Shown piece by piece: positions 47,832 to 57,901 of a DNA stretch of 64,000 nucleotides; position 1 is the stretch's first letter, and every line of letters starts with the position of its first letter. Made by a program: the position numbers and the translations under genes. Below the pieces are notes generated by a model. The model saw only the letters and a list, made by a program, of their open reading frames with translations. It ran no database searches and was not told where the DNA came from. Source of the stretch: Candidatus Cloacimonadota bacterium. GTDB lineage: Bacteria; Cloacimonadota; Cloacimonadia; G963667145. The stretch is from contig OY781092.1 in assembly GCA_963676615.1 (NCBI GenBank), forward strand, positions 640,001 to 704,000, given 5' to 3'.

Positions 47832-48091
47832 TTTGTAAAAAACTCCTTTACAACAAAAGCGTTTAAGGCTACAAGCTATATGCGGAATAAATCAACTAAA
47901 AAAAGCAAAACCTTACAAAAGAAGACAATTTTTTGAGACGAATTTTTGTCAAACTTTATATTGTCTTGCTTTTAAAAAAAATAGAAAACTCCCGCTTAAA
48001 ATTGCCAAATTTCGGCAAAATTCAACACAAATATTGACATATTGGGCAGTTTAGCAAACTGACTTAATTACTAAAAAAGGTTGTTAAAATT

Positions 48092-48703
48092 ATGGAAATT
48101 GCGGTAAAATTATTAGGAATTTTGGTGTTCATCCCTTTGCACGAGCTGGCTCACGGCTACACAGCCTATTTGCTGGGAGACGACACCGCCAAAAAAGCAG
48201 GTCGGTTGACCCTCAACCCCATCAAGCACATCAGCATCGTCGGCGCATTTTTGCTTTTTTATGCTGGATTTGGCTGGGCAAAACCTGTGCCAATCAATCC
48301 GCATAACTTCAAAAACATCAAACGAGATATGGCGATCACCGCCGCTGCAGGTCCGCTAATGAACTTCTTTTTGGCGTGTATTTTGGCGTTTGCCTTCAAC
48401 AAACTCAAATTTATTTTGCCCGCAAACGAAATAAACAGAACACTGATGCTGTTTTTGTATGTCGGCATTCAGCTCAATGTCGGTCTGGGAATTTTCAACC
48501 TTCTGCCACTTCCGCCACTAGATGGTAGCAAAGTTCTCGGCGGCTTTCTATCCGACATCGCTTTTGCAAAATACACTCTCAACGAAGAAAAAGGGATGAT
48601 TTTTTTGCTGATAATCTTCGGCGTGGAGTATCTCTTCAACCTCAACATTTTGCACTGGATAATCTATCCGCCTATCAAACTGGTGATGTCTATCTTGCTC
48701 TAA
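48092..48703 (+). CDS. Site-2 protease family (M50) membrane metalloprotease
   Basis: HELAH, GDDTAK..GRLTLNP, FGWAKPVP, AAAGP, FNLLPLPPLDG. Confidence 0.93.
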   Translation: MEIAVKLLGILVFIPLHELAHGYTAYLLGDDTAKKAGRLTLNPIKHISIVGAFLLFYAGFGWAKPVPINPHNFKNIKRDMAITAAAGPLMNFFLACILAFAFNKLKFILPANEINRTLMLFLYVGIQLNVGLGIFNLLPLPPLDGSKVLGGFLSDIAFAKYTLNEEKGMIFLLIIFGVEYLFNLNILHWIIYPPIKLVMSILL

Positions 48704-48709
48704 AAGCGA

Positions 48710-51664
48710 TTACTTAACCTCAAGAAACACAGTCTCAATTTCGGCAATTCCGCTCATCTTGCCAAAAATCTGCTTGTAAATCTCTAGCTGCTCTGGGTCG
48801 CTTATGCTTCCCGTTTTGTAATCGACAATCGTCGCTTTTCGTTTATCAGTCGAGACCATCACTCTGTCCAATCGAAACTCTTTATCGCCGTCAAAAAGCG
48901 GGTATTCGCACAAAATCGTTCCCCACTTTTCTTTGTCGTAAAGCCAAAAATTTGCCTGCAAAAATTGGTCAATCTTGTCAAAATAGCTTCTCCACTTTTG
49001 TCCGAATTTTGCCAAAGTCATCCTTTTTGCTAGCTTTTTTTCTGCGTCACTGTTCCACCGAATTTGGCTCAAATAAAAGTGAACCATCTGTCCAAAAAGT
49101 GCATTTTTTTTGTCTATTTCCTCAGATTTTATCGGCTGAAAATCTTTAGACTTAGCAAAATTTTCTTCCTTCCAATCGTAAGAAAAAAAACTCTCGCCTT
49201 GAGATTTTTGAGCAAATTTCGGCGAATTTTTGTAAGCGGAAAAATAGGTCTCGTCGCTTTCGTCAATCTCGCTTTCCGCAAAAAAACTCTGCATATTTAC
49301 CGCAATTTTCTCCCAAACATTTAGCTCTTTTTTGCCATCTGCAACTTTTTTCAAATTCAAATTCGCAAAAAGATAAAGATTGCTTTTAGCCCTTGTCAGC
49401 GCAACATACGCCAAATTCAAAATTTCGGACTCCTCTTTTGCTTCCACATCTTCAAAAAGCGTTTTCGCCAATTTTGGATAATGAAAAGTGAGCAAACTTT
49501 TGTCAACTTGGCTAAAATCTGGCGAATATTGCACAAAACTACGAAATTCTGGCGAGTTATTTTGGCGAGCTAAGCAGTTCAAAAAGTAAAAGACGGTGTC
49601 GAACTCAAGCCCTTTGCACGAGTGAATTGTCAGCAGATTTATCGCTTGTTTGCTCTCTCCCGCTTTTTGGCTCAAAGAGTCTTCTCTTTGCCGCAAAAAC
49701 TCCAAAATCCCCAAAATATCTTGCTCTTGATTGGCTAAAATTTCCGCAAAAGCGTTGATGTTTTTGAGGTCGTCCGAGGTGTCAAAAAAGTTAAGATAGT
49801 CAAACTTTTTGACGAAATCGGCAAAAAGATTTTTGCTCTCGGGCAATTTAAAACTCTCAATAGCTTCTTTGTCGGTCAAAATTTTGGCAATCTCATCTCC
49901 CGAAAGAAAAAGTGGCGCGTCTTTCAAAAAAAGAAATAAAGAGTAAAAATCGTCGTAACCCAAAAAGTGCAAATAGAGGCAAAAAGGCTTGATGGCTCTG
50001 TGTTTTAGCAAAGAATCGCTCTTTTTTTGATAGACAGGAATTTTGTGCTTTTGCAAAATTTGCGAAAAAATCTCAAGCTCTTTGTTTTTCCTGGCGATTA
50101 TCGCCATTTTGGACAAATCCAAGGTTTTGTCGTGCAAAATCGGCAAAACGGTATTTTCTACAACGCTCTCTATTTCGTCTTCGATTTTCCCTTTTCTGTT
50201 GGAAGATTTACTTGTCTCTAGGCTCACGAACCCTTTTTTTTGTAAAGCACAATTAACTGGATTGTAGCTCCAAATTTTACCGTAACTCTCAGAAAAAAGG
50301 TGATTTACAAAATCGATAATATTTTGGCAGCTCCGATAGCAAGTATCCAAAACCAAATTTTGGCAATCTGGCAGATAGCTTCCCACTTTATTCAAAAGCT
50401 CTTGTTCTCCGCCTCGCCAAGCATAAATCGCCTGCTTGGAATCGCCAACCGTAATTACCGAGCCATCAAGGCTTTGCACCATTTTTACAATGGGCAACAA
50501 ATTTTGAAACTGCACCAAAGAAGTGTCTTGAAATTCGTCAATCATCAAAACTTTTGGAACGACTTGCAAAAATTGCCAAAATTCGGCTCTCAACATTTTT
50601 TGTTCGTCCAAAAATCGATTATCTTCATACAGATTTTTTTGCAAAATTCTGCCAAAATCACTAAAAGTCAGCTCTTGCCGAGAATCTTTTAAGTATAGAG
50701 CTTGCGCTTGCTCCGCTAACTCTAAAAGGCGATTGTGCTCCAAAAAAAGCTTGTTTTCTGTCAGATATTTTTGCAATTTTGGCTGAAAATTTTCGAAACA
50801 TTCTCGAAAATTTTTTAGCTCTTGCAAATCGTTTTTTTTAGCTTTTTTAAAAAAAGAAGTTTCCCAAATTTTGTCTTTTAGCTCCAAAAAAGCTTCCAAA
50901 AAAAAATCGTCATCTTGCAAGGCGTTTTCAAGCTCTTCGGCGAAATTGTTGGACTCCTTGCCCAGATAGCTTTCAAAAAAAGTGCAAAACGGCTTTAGAA
51001 AGATATTTTTTGCAGGAAAAGCTGGCACTTTTTTTAGCTGAGCCGCAGCCAATTTTAACGACTCCAGCTCTTGCAAAAACTTTTTTTTTGCCCCCGAAAA
51101 ATCTATCTCTATCGACTCAAACTCTTGCAAATTTAAGGCAAGCAGGTCGTCCACAAATTTCGTGTATTTAAACAAATCTTTGCTTTGCGTCTCGGCAAAA
51201 AAAAGTTGCAATTTGGGATTTAAGAAAATTTTATTCAAAATCTCTTCTTTTTTTTGGGCTGGTAGCGCGTTGATTGCCGAAGTCTGCTCAAGTCCCAACT
51301 CTTTGGCTATCAACGAGTAGAAAAAATTTTGCATAAAGCTATCAAGCGTAAAAATCTTGAAGCTATCTTTGTGAAGCCGAAGCCAGGACGCCATTTTTTC
51401 TAAATGCGCCAAATCTTCTGTCAAAAGTTTTTTAGCGCAGATTTTTTCCAGATTTTTTTGCAATTCAGCGTCTTTTGACACAGCCCGCAAATGCTCCAAA
51501 ACTCTTTGCCGTATCTCCGCAGTCGCCTTCACAGTGAAGGTCATCACCAAAATTTCTTGCGGAAGTAGCGACTTGTCCAAGACCAGAGCCGCCAAATATT
51601 CCAGCGAAAGCCGATAAGTTTTGCCCGTGCCCGCAGAGGCAGAAATCACCTTGTTTTTCGACAT
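48710..51664 (-). CDS. UvrD-family helicase-nuclease (AddA/RecB-like)
   Basis: ASAGTGKT, MTFTVKAT.E, IDEFQDT, VGDSKQAIYAWRG, YRS, TIHSCKGLEF, YVALTRAK; C-terminal E..RLDR..IVDYKTG nuclease. ATG at 51664. Confidence 0.88.
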   Translation of the reverse strand: MSKNKVISASAGTGKTYRLSLEYLAALVLDKSLLPQEILVMTFTVKATAEIRQRVLEHLRAVSKDAELQKNLEKICAKKLLTEDLAHLEKMASWLRLHKDSFKIFTLDSFMQNFFYSLIAKELGLEQTSAINALPAQKKEEILNKIFLNPKLQLFFAETQSKDLFKYTKFVDDLLALNLQEFESIEIDFSGAKKKFLQELESLKLAAAQLKKVPAFPAKNIFLKPFCTFFESYLGKESNNFAEELENALQDDDFFLEAFLELKDKIWETSFFKKAKKNDLQELKNFRECFENFQPKLQKYLTENKLFLEHNRLLELAEQAQALYLKDSRQELTFSDFGRILQKNLYEDNRFLDEQKMLRAEFWQFLQVVPKVLMIDEFQDTSLVQFQNLLPIVKMVQSLDGSVITVGDSKQAIYAWRGGEQELLNKVGSYLPDCQNLVLDTCYRSCQNIIDFVNHLFSESYGKIWSYNPVNCALQKKGFVSLETSKSSNRKGKIEDEIESVVENTVLPILHDKTLDLSKMAIIARKNKELEIFSQILQKHKIPVYQKKSDSLLKHRAIKPFCLYLHFLGYDDFYSLFLFLKDAPLFLSGDEIAKILTDKEAIESFKLPESKNLFADFVKKFDYLNFFDTSDDLKNINAFAEILANQEQDILGILEFLRQREDSLSQKAGESKQAINLLTIHSCKGLEFDTVFYFLNCLARQNNSPEFRSFVQYSPDFSQVDKSLLTFHYPKLAKTLFEDVEAKEESEILNLAYVALTRAKSNLYLFANLNLKKVADGKKELNVWEKIAVNMQSFFAESEIDESDETYFSAYKNSPKFAQKSQGESFFSYDWKEENFAKSKDFQPIKSEEIDKKNALFGQMVHFYLSQIRWNSDAEKKLAKRMTLAKFGQKWRSYFDKIDQFLQANFWLYDKEKWGTILCEYPLFDGDKEFRLDRVMVSTDKRKATIVDYKTGSISDPEQLEIYKQIFGKMSGIAEIETVFLEVK

Positions 51665-51678
51665 TTTACCAAAAAAAA

Positions 51679-54387
51679 CTAATGAGCGTCCAGCCAATTA
51701 TCGGCGTAATTCAAGTTGACTGTGAGTTTAATTCCGCAATCAAACTCATACTCCATCGCCTTTTTTATTGCGGGGATTAGCGTTTCGAGCTTTCTTTTGG
51801 GAAGCTCAAAAACCAGCTCATCATGAACTTGCAAAACCATTTTTACATCTTGGGGCAAAATTTTTCCCAGCTCAATCATCGAAAGTTTGATAATGTCGGC
51901 GGCTGTCCCCTGAATCGGCATATTGACCGCAATTCGCTCCGCTTGGGCGCGCAATCGTTGATTTAGCGAGTTAATTTCTGTCAAAGGCAACGCTCTGCCA
52001 AAATAGGTGTAAGCCATCTCTTTTTGGCGAGATTGCTCTATTTGCGAGTTTATGAAACTCTCCACAACAGCAAATTTTTTGAAATATTTAGCAATAAAAT
52101 CTTTCGCCTCTTCGGTCGAAATTCCTGCCGTCCGACTCAATGCTCTAGCGCCCATTCCGTAAATCACACCAAAGTTTATCGTCTTCGCCAAAGCTCTTTG
52201 CTCTTTGCTAACATCCTCAGTTTCAAAGATTTGCATTGCAGTCTTGGCGTGCACATCCTCTTGATTGCTAAAAGTTTGCACAAGAACTGGGTCTTGACTC
52301 AGTGCCGCCAAAATTCTCAGTTCCATTTGCGAATAATCTGCCGCCAAAATGCAAAAATCGTCGTTTTGAGCCACAAAAGCTTTGCGGATATTTCTGCCAG
52401 ATGCCGATTTTATAGGAATATTTTGCATATTGGGGTGCGAACTCGACAAACGCCCTGTTGAAGTTATCGTCTGATTGAAATTGGTGTGAATCCTCCCAGT
52501 GCTAGGGTTTATCAGCTTTGGCAAAGCTAAAATATAGGTGCTCAAAAGCTTGTTGACCGTCCGAAAATCCAAAATAGATTGCACGATTTTATGCTCTCTC
52601 GCCAAATCTTCCAGCGCCGCTTCGGAGGTCGAAAAACCCGTCTTAGTTTTCGCTTTAGCGGGCAATTTTAAGCGCTGATAAAGAACTTCCTGCATCTGTT
52701 TTGGTGAGTTAAGATTAAACTCCGTTCCTGCCAAATCGAAAATCTCTTTTTGCAAATCGCCAGCAATTTTTTCCAGCTCTTCTCGCTGCTCATCCAAAAT
52801 TTTCTCGTCCACAAAAACGCCGTCTAGCTCCATCTGCGCCAAACTCCGCAAAAGCGGCATCTCAATTTCCGTAAAAACCTTTTCGAGATCGAATTTTTGC
52901 AGGCGCTGTTTGTAAATTTCGTAAAGTTTGTAAGACGCAAAAACATCCTCACAAGAGTATTTTGCCGCTTTTTCGACCGAAATTTCGCTAAACTTCTTGC
53001 CTTGCGTAACTTGCTCATACTCGATCATTGATTTGCCAAACTCCCGAAAAACGCAATCGCCCAAGCTGATTTTTCCGTTCCCTGGCTGAAAAAGATAGGC
53101 GGCGACCATCGTGTCAAAAAAAGTTGCATTTGAAGCCAAAACCTCTGTTGCCAAAAACTTCAAATCGAACTTTAAATTGTGCCCTATCAATGTCTTATCG
53201 TCTAGTTTGCTCAGAAGTTCTTTGAGCTTCTCTCTGCCCCAGCCAAACTCGGCGTGTTGCACTGGAAAATAAAAACAGCTTCCGTCTAAAAAACAAAAAC
53301 TCACGCCAATCAAACTGTCTTGCAGGGGGTCAAGCCCGTCTGTTTCGGTGTCTAAAGCAAAAACTTTTTCTCGCTCAATTTTTTGTCTCAATTCGCAAAA
53401 CTTCGCCTCATCGTTTACAACGACAAACTCAAACTCAAAGTATTCGTCTTTGTCGTCTTTCTGTTCCTCTTGCGAATCTTGAAAAAGCAACATTTGCGCG
53501 TCGTCCGACTTTTTGCTTTTGGGTCGCTCTTCCGAAAAAAGTTCTTTTGCTTTTTTGGCAAGATTCCACAGCTGCTGTTCTGCCAAAAGCTCCTCCAGCG
53601 CCGCAAGTCCGCTTTTGTCGAAGTTCAAATTTGAGCAATCTAGTTCTATATCCGTAACGATTTTTGCCAATTTTTGCGACAAAAAAGCGTTCTGCTTACT
53701 GTCAATCAACTTTTGCTGTGCCGATTTCGGCGTAACTTCGGCTATCTTTTCGTAAATTGTCTCTAGAGTTTCGAACTCGTTCAAAAGCTTTTTCGCCCCC
53801 ACTTTGCCGATACCCGCAACGCCAGGAATGTTGTCGGCGCTATCCCCGACAATCGCTAGATAATCGACCATCTGGCTGGGCTTTATTCCTAATTTTTCTT
53901 GCACAAAACCGCTGTCGATAGTCGCATTTTTCGCAGGGTCAAACATCGAAACTTTCTCGTCGATAAGCTGATAAAAATCTTTGTCGCCCGAAACAACCAC
54001 AACCTCGTTTTCGCTCTTCAATTTTGTTGCAAAAGAGCCGATAATATCGTCCGCTTCATAATTTTTTTGCTTTAAATTTGTAACGCCTATCTCCGCAAAA
54101 ATCTCTTGGATAATCCCAATTTGCCGAATTAACTCATCGGGCATCGGCGGTCTGTTGGCTTTATAATCCGAAAAAATTTGGTTGCGAAAAGAACCACCTT
54201 TTTGGTCAAAAGTTATGGCAAGATGTTGCGGATCAAAATTTTTTATGAACTTGAAAAACATATTGAAAGTGCCGTAAATCGCACTGACAATCTCACCCCT
54301 GTCGTTGGTCAGGGGAAATTTTGCAAAAGCGTAGTGCGAGCGATAAACAACTGCGCTACCGTCAATTATATAGATTTTTTTTTTCAT
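51679..54387 (-). CDS. polA: DNA polymerase I
   Basis: IDGS..YR, YKANR, YEADD, GDSADNIPGV (5'-3' exo); LDTET, HNLKFD; TGRLSS.PNMQNIP, ADYSQMELR, AKTINFG, QVHDE. Confidence 0.97.
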   Translation of the reverse strand: MKKKIYIIDGSAVVYRSHYAFAKFPLTNDRGEIVSAIYGTFNMFFKFIKNFDPQHLAITFDQKGGSFRNQIFSDYKANRPPMPDELIRQIGIIQEIFAEIGVTNLKQKNYEADDIIGSFATKLKSENEVVVVSGDKDFYQLIDEKVSMFDPAKNATIDSGFVQEKLGIKPSQMVDYLAIVGDSADNIPGVAGIGKVGAKKLLNEFETLETIYEKIAEVTPKSAQQKLIDSKQNAFLSQKLAKIVTDIELDCSNLNFDKSGLAALEELLAEQQLWNLAKKAKELFSEERPKSKKSDDAQMLLFQDSQEEQKDDKDEYFEFEFVVVNDEAKFCELRQKIEREKVFALDTETDGLDPLQDSLIGVSFCFLDGSCFYFPVQHAEFGWGREKLKELLSKLDDKTLIGHNLKFDLKFLATEVLASNATFFDTMVAAYLFQPGNGKISLGDCVFREFGKSMIEYEQVTQGKKFSEISVEKAAKYSCEDVFASYKLYEIYKQRLQKFDLEKVFTEIEMPLLRSLAQMELDGVFVDEKILDEQREELEKIAGDLQKEIFDLAGTEFNLNSPKQMQEVLYQRLKLPAKAKTKTGFSTSEAALEDLAREHKIVQSILDFRTVNKLLSTYILALPKLINPSTGRIHTNFNQTITSTGRLSSSHPNMQNIPIKSASGRNIRKAFVAQNDDFCILAADYSQMELRILAALSQDPVLVQTFSNQEDVHAKTAMQIFETEDVSKEQRALAKTINFGVIYGMGARALSRTAGISTEEAKDFIAKYFKKFAVVESFINSQIEQSRQKEMAYTYFGRALPLTEINSLNQRLRAQAERIAVNMPIQGTAADIIKLSMIELGKILPQDVKMVLQVHDELVFELPKRKLETLIPAIKKAMEYEFDCGIKLTVNLNYADNWLDAH

Positions 54388-55577
54388 ATCTTACTCATTT
54401 TAATCAAGTTCACCGCTTTTTTGTTCGCTTTTTCCACCCTCAGCTGCCACACGCCCAAACTCAAAATCGTCCCCGTTTTGGGAATGCCTTGCAATTTATA
54501 AAGTATCAGCCCAGCGATGGTGTTGTAGTTTTGGTCTTCGGGCAAATCGAAACCGTATTTTTCGTTCAAAACATCCACTTCGGCTTTGCCATCGATCAAA
54601 AAAATGTCGTTATCCAGCTGTCGCACAAAAATTTCGTCGCCAGAATCGTATTCGTCCTCTATCTCGCCGACCAACTCTTCCAAAATATCCTCAATCGTCA
54701 CCAAACCAGATGTGCCGCCATACGAATCCACCAAGACGCAAAAAACATTTTTGCTGTTTTGCATATTTACTAAAAGTTTATCGATTTCAATGCTGTCTGG
54801 CGCAAAAAAAGGCTTTCGCATCAGCTGTGAGATCTCTTTTTTGTCCGTTTTGAGCAAGTCATAAAGGGTGAGAACGCCCACAATGTTGTCCACAGATTCG
54901 GCGTAAACGGGAAACCTGGAAAACCCACTTTCTCGAGCCAAAGCCAGCACATCATCGATGCTTTTATTTTGTTCAATTGCAACAAGTTCTGTGCGTGGAG
55001 TCATAATTTTTTTCGCATCAACCACAGAAAATTCTAGTCCCTCTTGGATCAAATTTTCGGACTTGCTATCTTTTTCGTCTCCCAAAATACTCGCCAGCTG
55101 ATAAGGCAAAATTATCTCCTCATTGAGCTGCGGAGTTCTCTCGATTTTTTTTATAAACCATGTTAAAAAAAATGTGAAAACATAAAACAGTTTGTAAAAC
55201 AGCAAAAACAATGGCAAAGATTTTCTGACCATTTTTTTGGGATATTCTCGATAAAAAATCTTGGGCAAACTTTCGGCAAAAACCACCATAAAACCAGCCA
55301 AAAATAAAGATAAAAGTTCCGAAGAATACGAGAGCGAAAGATTTTTTGTGCAATAAAATGTGAACAGTGAAGCCAAAGCTGTGTTAGCTAAATTATTGCC
55401 AATCAAGACAGATGTGAGGATTTTATCCATATTTTTTTGCAACGAATAAATCCGCTTGGCGACTTTACTTTTTTTTGCCTCGAGTTTTAGAGAAATTTTG
55501 TCCAGCGACAAAAAACCTGTCTCCAATCCAGAAAAAAATGCAGACAAAAAGAAAAGTAAAATCAAAAGATAAATCAT
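54384..55577 (-). CDS. CNNM/CBS/CorC-domain membrane protein (hemolysin family)
   Basis: SAFFSGLET, LIGNN, ESLPK, IMTPR, FSRFPVY, VDSYGGTSGLVTIEDILEELVGEIEDE, TIAGLI. Confidence 0.92.
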   Translation of the reverse strand: MIYLLILLFFLSAFFSGLETGFLSLDKISLKLEAKKSKVAKRIYSLQKNMDKILTSVLIGNNLANTALASLFTFYCTKNLSLSYSSELLSLFLAGFMVVFAESLPKIFYREYPKKMVRKSLPLFLLFYKLFYVFTFFLTWFIKKIERTPQLNEEIILPYQLASILGDEKDSKSENLIQEGLEFSVVDAKKIMTPRTELVAIEQNKSIDDVLALARESGFSRFPVYAESVDNIVGVLTLYDLLKTDKKEISQLMRKPFFAPDSIEIDKLLVNMQNSKNVFCVLVDSYGGTSGLVTIEDILEELVGEIEDEYDSGDEIFVRQLDNDIFLIDGKAEVDVLNEKYGFDLPEDQNYNTIAGLILYKLQGIPKTGTILSLGVWQLRVEKANKKAVNLIKMSKI

Positions 55578-56281
55578 TTCTGTCGGCTAAACTTCAGTCT
55601 CCAAACCATAAAAATCGCTTCAAAAATAATGCCAAAATTCATCTTCGACCGCCCAAGAGTTCGGTCGGTAAAAACGATCGGAATCTCTTGAATTTTAAAC
55701 CCTTTTTTCCAGACGCGATAGTTCATTTCTATCTGAAAAGAGTAGCCCTCGGCGTTGATTTTATCCAAATCTATCGAGCGTAACACACTCGCTTTAAAGC
55801 ACTTAAAACCGCCAGTTGGGTCTTTGATTTTCATTCCTGTTATGGCTCTGGCATAAAACGACGCTCCGTAGCTCAAAAACAGCCTTTTCAGCGGCCAGTT
55901 GACGATATGCACGCCGCCAATATAGCGAGAGCCGATAACCAAGTCGTTGTCTTTGCAAGCGTCCACAAGGCGTGGAATATCCGCTGGATCGTGAGACAAA
56001 TCGGCATCCATCTCCATAATGTAGTCGTAACCTTTTTGCAAAGCGTGCTTGAAGCCCTTGATATAGGCAGAGCCAAGCCCCATTTTTTTGGGTCTGACAA
56101 TCAATTGAATCCGCTCGTCTTTTGCCGCAATCTCTTTCACCAGCTCGTAAGTTTTGTCGCTAGAATTATCGTCAACAATCAAAACATCGACATCGCTTTT
56201 CGCCGCAAAAATCCTAGCAAACAAGCTCTCAATATTCGACCGCTCGTTGTAGGTTGGGATAATTATCAGAGTCTTATTCAA
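55574..56281 (-). CDS. Polyprenol monophosphomannose synthase (GT2, DPM1-like)
   Basis: IIPTYNE, VDDNS.D, KMGLGSAY, MDADLSH, GSRY, DPTGGFK, GYSFQIE. Confidence 0.92.
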   Translation of the reverse strand: MNKTLIIIPTYNERSNIESLFARIFAAKSDVDVLIVDDNSSDKTYELVKEIAAKDERIQLIVRPKKMGLGSAYIKGFKHALQKGYDYIMEMDADLSHDPADIPRLVDACKDNDLVIGSRYIGGVHIVNWPLKRLFLSYGASFYARAITGMKIKDPTGGFKCFKASVLRSIDLDKINAEGYSFQIEMNYRVWKKGFKIQEIPIVFTDRTLGRSKMNFGIIFEAIFMVWRLKFSRQK

Positions 56282-57578
56282 AGCGACCTCGCTTAATATC
56301 TTCGTTGCTCTGAATCAAAGCCTTAATCGGCTCGAGCTTATTGATAGAGCGAGACTCTAGCACCTTCAAAATCGTTCCACCGCCAGTAAAAAAGTAATAG
56401 TTCGGGTCGTCTTCTGCGCGGCGAAAAACTATCGGCAAACCAAGCTTAAACTCCTGGTTTGTGTCGCCGCCACCATAAAGCTTGTGCGCCTTTTTGTTTT
56501 CATCAATGGCGATATACAAAGCTTTACTCCCGTCCAAATAGTAGGGACTAAAGCCCATAACGGCGTTGACAAAAATCGTTTTCGACTTTGCTATAGCGTC
56601 CTTGATCTCTTTTTGCTCGACAAAACACGGCGACGCATCCAAAATGTAGTTCAGTTTTTGCCCCTTTTTCAAATCATCCAGCTTTATCTCACGCCAGTTC
56701 GACTCCTCTTTGCTCGCCAATTTATCGCTCTCAATCAAAGTTTTTATAATCAAAATTTTGCTTTCGTTTTTTCCAATTTTTTCGATAAACTTTTTCGCCT
56801 GCTCTTTTTGTTTGGGCAAAACGCCCTCGATATCCAAATCGTATTTTGCCGCAATATAAGTGTTGTAGATGTGTCCGCCCAAAATAAGATAATCGACCGT
56901 CTCGATAATCGAAGTCAGGGTCTCGATTTTCGTGTCGAACTTCATTCCCGCAATTACCGCCATCATCGGCTTTTTCGGCGCAAGAACGCTCTTTAAATTT
57001 TGCACTTCATACTGCATCAAATAGCCCGCATACGACGGCAAATATTTGGCAACGCCACAATTAGAAGCGTGCGGCTGCCAAGAGCCAAAAGCGTCGTTCA
57101 CAAAAATGTCGGCTAGCCCCGCCAACTGCTTGCTCAAAATATCTGCATCCTTGCCGCCGGCCTCTTCACCCATAAACCACCGTGTGTTTGGCAGATAGAT
57201 ACCGCCGATTTTCCGTTTTTTCAAATCTTTAATCAAAATATTTATCGAAGTATCAATCGTCTCTATCGGCTTGCCATAGTTGATTTTTGGCACAACAAAC
57301 TTGGTGTAAAGTCTATTTTCCAGATAGCGAACAATCGGCTCAATAGAGTCGGTCTCTTTTATGTTGATTTTTCCGTCGTGACCTTTGGGACGCCCAACAT
57401 GGCTCATCAAAATTAGGCGACCACCTCTCTCCACGATATTGTAGAGCGTTCCGATTGTCCTGTTAATTCGCTCAGGATCTTTTATCTCGCCGTTTTTCAA
57501 CACATTATGATCAACTCTCACCAAAACAACTTTGCCACTTATGTCCGCATCTTGCAGTTTTGCAAATCTGATATTCAC
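56274..57578 (-). CDS. pgk: Phosphoglycerate kinase family protein (divergent)
   Basis: VLVRVDHNV, MSHVGRPKG, VNDAFG, GGGDT, TGGG; several canonical motifs altered. Confidence 0.82.
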   Translation of the reverse strand: MNIRFAKLQDADISGKVVLVRVDHNVLKNGEIKDPERINRTIGTLYNIVERGGRLILMSHVGRPKGHDGKINIKETDSIEPIVRYLENRLYTKFVVPKINYGKPIETIDTSINILIKDLKKRKIGGIYLPNTRWFMGEEAGGKDADILSKQLAGLADIFVNDAFGSWQPHASNCGVAKYLPSYAGYLMQYEVQNLKSVLAPKKPMMAVIAGMKFDTKIETLTSIIETVDYLILGGHIYNTYIAAKYDLDIEGVLPKQKEQAKKFIEKIGKNESKILIIKTLIESDKLASKEESNWREIKLDDLKKGQKLNYILDASPCFVEQKEIKDAIAKSKTIFVNAVMGFSPYYLDGSKALYIAIDENKKAHKLYGGGDTNQEFKLGLPIVFRRAEDDPNYYFFTGGGTILKVLESRSINKLEPIKALIQSNEDIKRGRFE

Positions 57579-57901
57579 CTTCTAACTCCTTTTGTAACAG
57601 CCAAATAAAGCTCTTTCGCATCTATCTCGTCAATATTTTTATTTTTCGTAAACTCGTCATAAACTTCGCTAAAATTTTTGGCGAGCCCAGTTTCGATCCA
57701 CTTTTTCATCAACTCTTCGCGCGAAATTTCATCCGCCTGCTCGCTTGCAAAATATTCCAAACATTTCAGCTGCACAAGCATCCGCACATCTGGCTGCATC
57801 CGCGTCAAAAAAGCCCTCAAAATGCAATCGCTTTCCTGACAACTCTCTTGACAAAACTTGCGCAAAAACTTCGCATAATCTTCTTTAGAATATTTTAGCA
57901 T
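57575..57901 (-). CDS. Hypothetical Cys-containing protein
   Basis: ATG at 57901; FCQESCQESDC...KC; overlaps both neighbours, consistent with an operon. Confidence 0.6.
   Translation of the reverse strand: MLKYSKEDYAKFLRKFCQESCQESDCILRAFLTRMQPDVRMLVQLKCLEYFASEQADEISREELMKKWIETGLAKNFSEVYDEFTKNKNIDEIDAKELYLAVTKGVRR

Noticed and set aside
47832..48091. 260-bp intergenic region considered as a glycine riboswitch or ncRNA upstream of the gcvH-like gene
   Set aside because: No glycine-aptamer core motifs recognised; explained by divergent promoters with a TTGACA box on each strand
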